IMG/VR virus record: IMGVR_UViG_3300008117_006248
Location: 24,691 to 88,690 of that record
From: a virus
DNA length: 64,000 bases
Strand: one strand, 5' to 3'
The notes under the pieces are model-generated. The model was not told where the DNA came from, made no database searches, and saw nothing but the letters and a program-made list of their open reading frames with translations. Below are positions 60,019 through 64,000 of the stretch, one piece after another. The first letter of the stretch is position 1; every line of letters starts with the position of its first letter. Both the position numbers and the translations under genes were made by a program.

Positions 60019-61143
60019 TTAACCCTTCAAGAAGTGTAGCCCAGAATTCTTACCGATTTGAGCGGAGAATTCCATGGTAACAGTTTGGTTAGGTCCAATT
60101 GAAGAAGTGAAGTTTTGAGAATCCAATTTAGCGCCTTTTAGCATTACATAGGATGTGTGGGCTGTGGCTCCTTGATAACCAACTAGCTTTAGCTCGCAGT
60201 AGTACTTATTAGCATCACCATTTGTAGTCATTAGTGTATACAGCTTATTAGAAGCAGTAGTTCCGACAATAGCATTTACGCTAAGAGTACAATTAATTGG
60301 GAATGTAATTTCTCTAGCGAAAGCGAATGATTTGCCGAGTTTTCTGATTGGCTCACGACCAATTGTCATGGCTACTGTAGCACTTTGAATCTTTAGATCA
60401 GACTCGCTAAGACCAAACATAGGAGCATTATCAGTATCACTAGTTCCTAGTTTCAAAGTAATATCACCTGGTCTAACAGCAGCTATTTGAGTGTCAGCAT
60501 CAAATAATCCAGCGCCATCAGGAAGAGTAACTGTGCTGCTTGTAGAAATGTCTGCGCCATCAACTACAGCAGGATTTCCAATAGCGTAGGAGCCTCCGCC
60601 TCCAGTGAATACGATATTTTGCCCTTCTAGAGCGCAAGAAACTGTTGGAATTGCTCCTACTGAAGCTTCCAAAGACCAAGAAGTAACGAAAGCATTACCA
60701 ATACCAATAATTCCTTCGACTGTGCTTGTCGACATTTTATTTGTGTCATTGGCATCAATACCAGCATCACTAACTAAAACATAAACATTCTTTTGATCAT
60801 AACCAGTTCCGCTAGAAATAATATAATCTAGCATGTGATCGGCTTCTGTGGAAGTTCCAGTGACGGCATCTATTCTGAAGCCTAAATGATCTTCATTAAA
60901 ACCTGTTGGTTCAAAGTAGTAGGATAAGTCTACTGCTACGGTTGGTTCTTGCAAAATCAACCTATCAATAGCAGCCAATTCACCATATTGGTTAATATCT
61001 TGGCGGGTGATTGAGAAATTGTAGTTGCAACTTTGTACTCTGCGTAAATTGTGGTCAGCAGAAGTGATCGTTGTTGTGCCAGTTGGGGCAGCAAATAAAG
61101 CTTGGCTTTGGTATATGACACGATTTCTTGTAGTGTTTGACAT
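60019..61143 (-). CDS. Putative major tail (tube) protein
   Basis: RNRVIYQSQALF..RVQSCNYNFSITRQDINQYG pattern with internally duplicated tube-like halves. It has its own SD (AAGGA), an upstream GTGTAA and a downstream terminator, consistent with high expression. Confidence 0.65.
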   Translation of the reverse strand: MSNTTRNRVIYQSQALFAAPTGTTTITSADHNLRRVQSCNYNFSITRQDINQYGELAAIDRLILQEPTVAVDLSYYFEPTGFNEDHLGFRIDAVTGTSTEADHMLDYIISSGTGYDQKNVYVLVSDAGIDANDTNKMSTSTVEGIIGIGNAFVTSWSLEASVGAIPTVSCALEGQNIVFTGGGGSYAIGNPAVVDGADISTSSTVTLPDGAGLFDADTQIAAVRPGDITLKLGTSDTDNAPMFGLSESDLKIQSATVAMTIGREPIRKLGKSFAFAREITFPINCTLSVNAIVGTTASNKLYTLMTTNGDANKYYCELKLVGYQGATAHTSYVMLKGAKLDSQNFTSSIGPNQTVTMEFSAQIGKNSGLHFLKG

Positions 61144-61171
61144 ATGGTTTCCTTATAGATTCTATTGTCAT

Positions 61172-61177
61172 TTACAC
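61172..61177 (-). promoter_or_regulatory. GTGTAA candidate late-promoter element
   Basis: The minus strand reads TGTGTAAATGACAATAGAATCTATAAGGAAACCATATG. Confidence 0.4.
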
Positions 61178-61204
61178 AAAATAAATGAACTATAGAAAAT
61201 TATT

Positions 61205-62050
61205 TTAGTAAGCATGAGGGGCTCTCACTACCTCTAAATCAAAGTCAACAAAAGCTGCTACAATGTCTGGATTTAAGTTCTTAAATTCTGCTGAACTTGA
61301 TGTTTTTACTTGAGATACTGATACGCTGGATAGGTAAACATTGTCTCCTGTAGCTATACCAGTATAATTATATGGTACTCCAGTGTAAGAGCTCATTGCA
61401 TTAAGATTTAAATCTTGATTGCTTACTGTTCTAAAAAAGTCATGAGCAGAGTCTCTTAATACTCCGCAAGCGGCATCAAGAGAATACATTGAATTAGACA
61501 TAACTAATGCCCTAAAATAACAAGTTGTCATGTCTGTGCCGCCGAATCCAAAAGGCTCATTTTGCGAATTAACAAGCCTTAAGAATATAGCTGGATATGT
61601 TATTTCATTTACAGCTAAACCAGTTAATGTTTGCGGCTTTCTATTTTTAGGCTCAAATTTAGTAGAGAAAAGTAGATAATCTTCTGCTTTATCAGTGAGG
61701 TAGACATTGAAGTCTTTTATAGAGTAGTTGCCGCTTATTGTATTTGAATTTTTGTTAGATGAAAAAATTACTTGGCCATCATAGTGATTAATCGCTACTA
61801 AACCGCTTTGCCCCGGAGTTATAAAATTTCCATCTAAATAAATCCCAGTTAATTGAGTAGCGCCAGGAATTGATGCGTCACTAACTATTTGCTTATATGG
61901 CGCAGCGTATGTATAATATCCATTGTAAACACCAGAAACAGGATAAAACTTAGAGCTTGTATTTTTATAGCCCTCTCCTCTTTTTAATATGGTATGGTCT
62001 ACATAGAGTAAAAAGCTGCTTGTTAATACATTTTGGAAATTAGCTTTCAT
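61205..62050 (-). CDS. Putative tail terminator/completion protein
   Basis: Immediately upstream of the tube gene; TYPAIFL..PFGFGG motif. Confidence 0.45.
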   Translation of the reverse strand: MKANFQNVLTSSFLLYVDHTILKRGEGYKNTSSKFYPVSGVYNGYYTYAAPYKQIVSDASIPGATQLTGIYLDGNFITPGQSGLVAINHYDGQVIFSSNKNSNTISGNYSIKDFNVYLTDKAEDYLLFSTKFEPKNRKPQTLTGLAVNEITYPAIFLRLVNSQNEPFGFGGTDMTTCYFRALVMSNSMYSLDAACGVLRDSAHDFFRTVSNQDLNLNAMSSYTGVPYNYTGIATGDNVYLSSVSVSQVKTSSSAEFKNLNPDIVAAFVDFDLEVVRAPHAY

Positions 62051-62700
62051 TATGTTATATTATTGATAAAATTGTTAGTGAAATTATTAACAATTTTTGT
62101 TATGTATTTTGTTGTTTTGAATCCCATTGGGCGATTTGATGGGCCTTCTGTGATTGGGCCTTTTAATTGCAAACCTCTTTCAGAACGACCTCTTGGGTAA
62201 TCAGCATAATAAGAAACTCCAGAGATGCCTCTTTCTATGCCTTTTACCCAGTTTCTGCCGCCATTCCATCCTTGGAATTGAGCCGAATCATCAAAGTCTT
62301 CTAGTTGAGGAATTTCAAATGAAACTTTTATCACTCTTGTTCTTTTCCCTCTTGCGAATTGTCCTTTTCTATTTCTTGGATAATTTATAATTAAATCTGT
62401 GCCTTTGAATTTGATTTTTGATTTTAAGGCTGCTCTCACTGGAGAAATTGGATTAAATCCAGACTCAAAGCCAATGAAACCAAACAAATCTCCATATCCG
62501 CCCAAAGTATTGCTAATGTTTCCTTCTTCTGGATTTAATAATTCTTGAGTTACAGGGTGCTCGTCAAAATCTTCTAGAGCTTGATTTTTTGCTTCATTAA
62601 ATTGTTTTTTTATTGCTCTTTCTATTTCATTTTGCACAGAAGGGTCAGAAAGGGCTTCTGAAACTATATCTCCTTGTATTGTTATATTTCCTATTTTCAT
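62050..62700 (-). CDS. Putative neck/tail completion protein
   Basis: Position between the connector and terminator genes; FDEHPVTQEL, GDLFGFIGF and WVKGIERGISG segments. Confidence 0.4.
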   Translation of the reverse strand: MKIGNITIQGDIVSEALSDPSVQNEIERAIKKQFNEAKNQALEDFDEHPVTQELLNPEEGNISNTLGGYGDLFGFIGFESGFNPISPVRAALKSKIKFKGTDLIINYPRNRKGQFARGKRTRVIKVSFEIPQLEDFDDSAQFQGWNGGRNWVKGIERGISGVSYYADYPRGRSERGLQLKGPITEGPSNRPMGFKTTKYITKIVNNFTNNFINNIT

Positions 62701-63143
62701 TATCTTTCCCTTTCTAAGAAATAGGTGAAATATTGAGAGGATATGTAAGGCCTTGGAGACTGAGAAGAAATAAACTTATACATCAAATCATTAATCGTAA
62801 CATAAAGAGTTTTGCCATTATTTTGTATGAAGTCATTTGCATCGCTCTTGATTTTTATTTCGACTTCTCCTTTATCTATTTTATTTTCCGCTTCATCTAA
62901 TCTGTCTTGAGATTGTTTTTTAGTAGAAGTTACTAAAGCAGAGAATACTCCTGTTACTGGAGTATAGTTAATATTATCTATGTCTGACCTCTCGTTGTAG
63001 CCAAACATTCTTGGCTGGGCTATATTAATGATGTCGATTTTTGCTTCTTTGTAAATGACTATATCCTGCTTGAAAGTATCAAACAGGTTGGTCATTCCTT
63101 TTTCGAAACTAGCCTTTTGCGCGGCAGACAGTAAAGAAGCCAT
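62700..63143 (-). CDS. Putative head-tail connector/stopper protein
   Basis: 147-aa beta-rich ORF at the start of the neck/tail cluster. Confidence 0.45.
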   Translation of the reverse strand: MASLLSAAQKASFEKGMTNLFDTFKQDIVIYKEAKIDIINIAQPRMFGYNERSDIDNINYTPVTGVFSALVTSTKKQSQDRLDEAENKIDKGEVEIKIKSDANDFIQNNGKTLYVTINDLMYKFISSQSPRPYISSQYFTYFLERER

Positions 63144-63151
63144 ATTTTTTA

Positions 63152-63157
63152 TTACAC
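63152..63157 (-). promoter_or_regulatory. GTGTAA candidate late-promoter element
   Basis: The minus strand reads AGTGTAATAAAAAATATG, with the hexamer 8 nt before the start at 63143. Confidence 0.4.
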
Positions 63158-63183
63158 TATATGAAAAAAAATAGTTTTAAATA

Positions 63184-64000
<817 letters not shown>

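Overview
This 64-kb window comes from a large, AT-rich tailed dsDNA phage (Caudoviricetes) read in standard code 11. It has two convergent arms that meet with no gap at 17020/17021. The left (+) arm, 1-17020, starts with a nucleotide-sugar cluster: a ColD/E1-type PLP dehydratase, an HddA-like GHMP kinase, a cytidylyltransferase-family enzyme and Gmd. It continues with a replication/recombination block (RecA, DnaB, DnaG, a RecB/Cas4-like nuclease, a DNA Pol III alpha split into PHP + DEDDh exonuclease + catalytic core, SSB-like and annealase-like genes) and glycosyltransferases. Four sigma70-like promoters in this arm appear to give leaderless mRNAs. The right (-) arm, 17021-64000, is the virion/tail module: a collagen-like fibre with a peptidase S74 chaperone, putative connector, neck, terminator and tube genes, putative tail chaperones, a 3511-aa tape measure protein and very large tail-tip/baseplate-like proteins. 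The most striking signal is the tape measure protein. It is punctuated by about 12 copies of a (A/S)(G/S)G(Y/R/F/K)(V/I)PNFA-type motif that delimit unrelated globular modules (GNAT-like, HhH-glycosylase-like, ATP-grasp, unknown), which suggests a cassette-type polyvalent effector-delivery protein. Also notable are a prfB-like +1 frameshift candidate upstream of the tape measure gene, a GTGTAA late-promoter candidate, and strong (S/T)G enrichment in virion proteins that may be linked to the phage glycosylation genes. All functional calls come from motif recognition by eye; no database searches were run.
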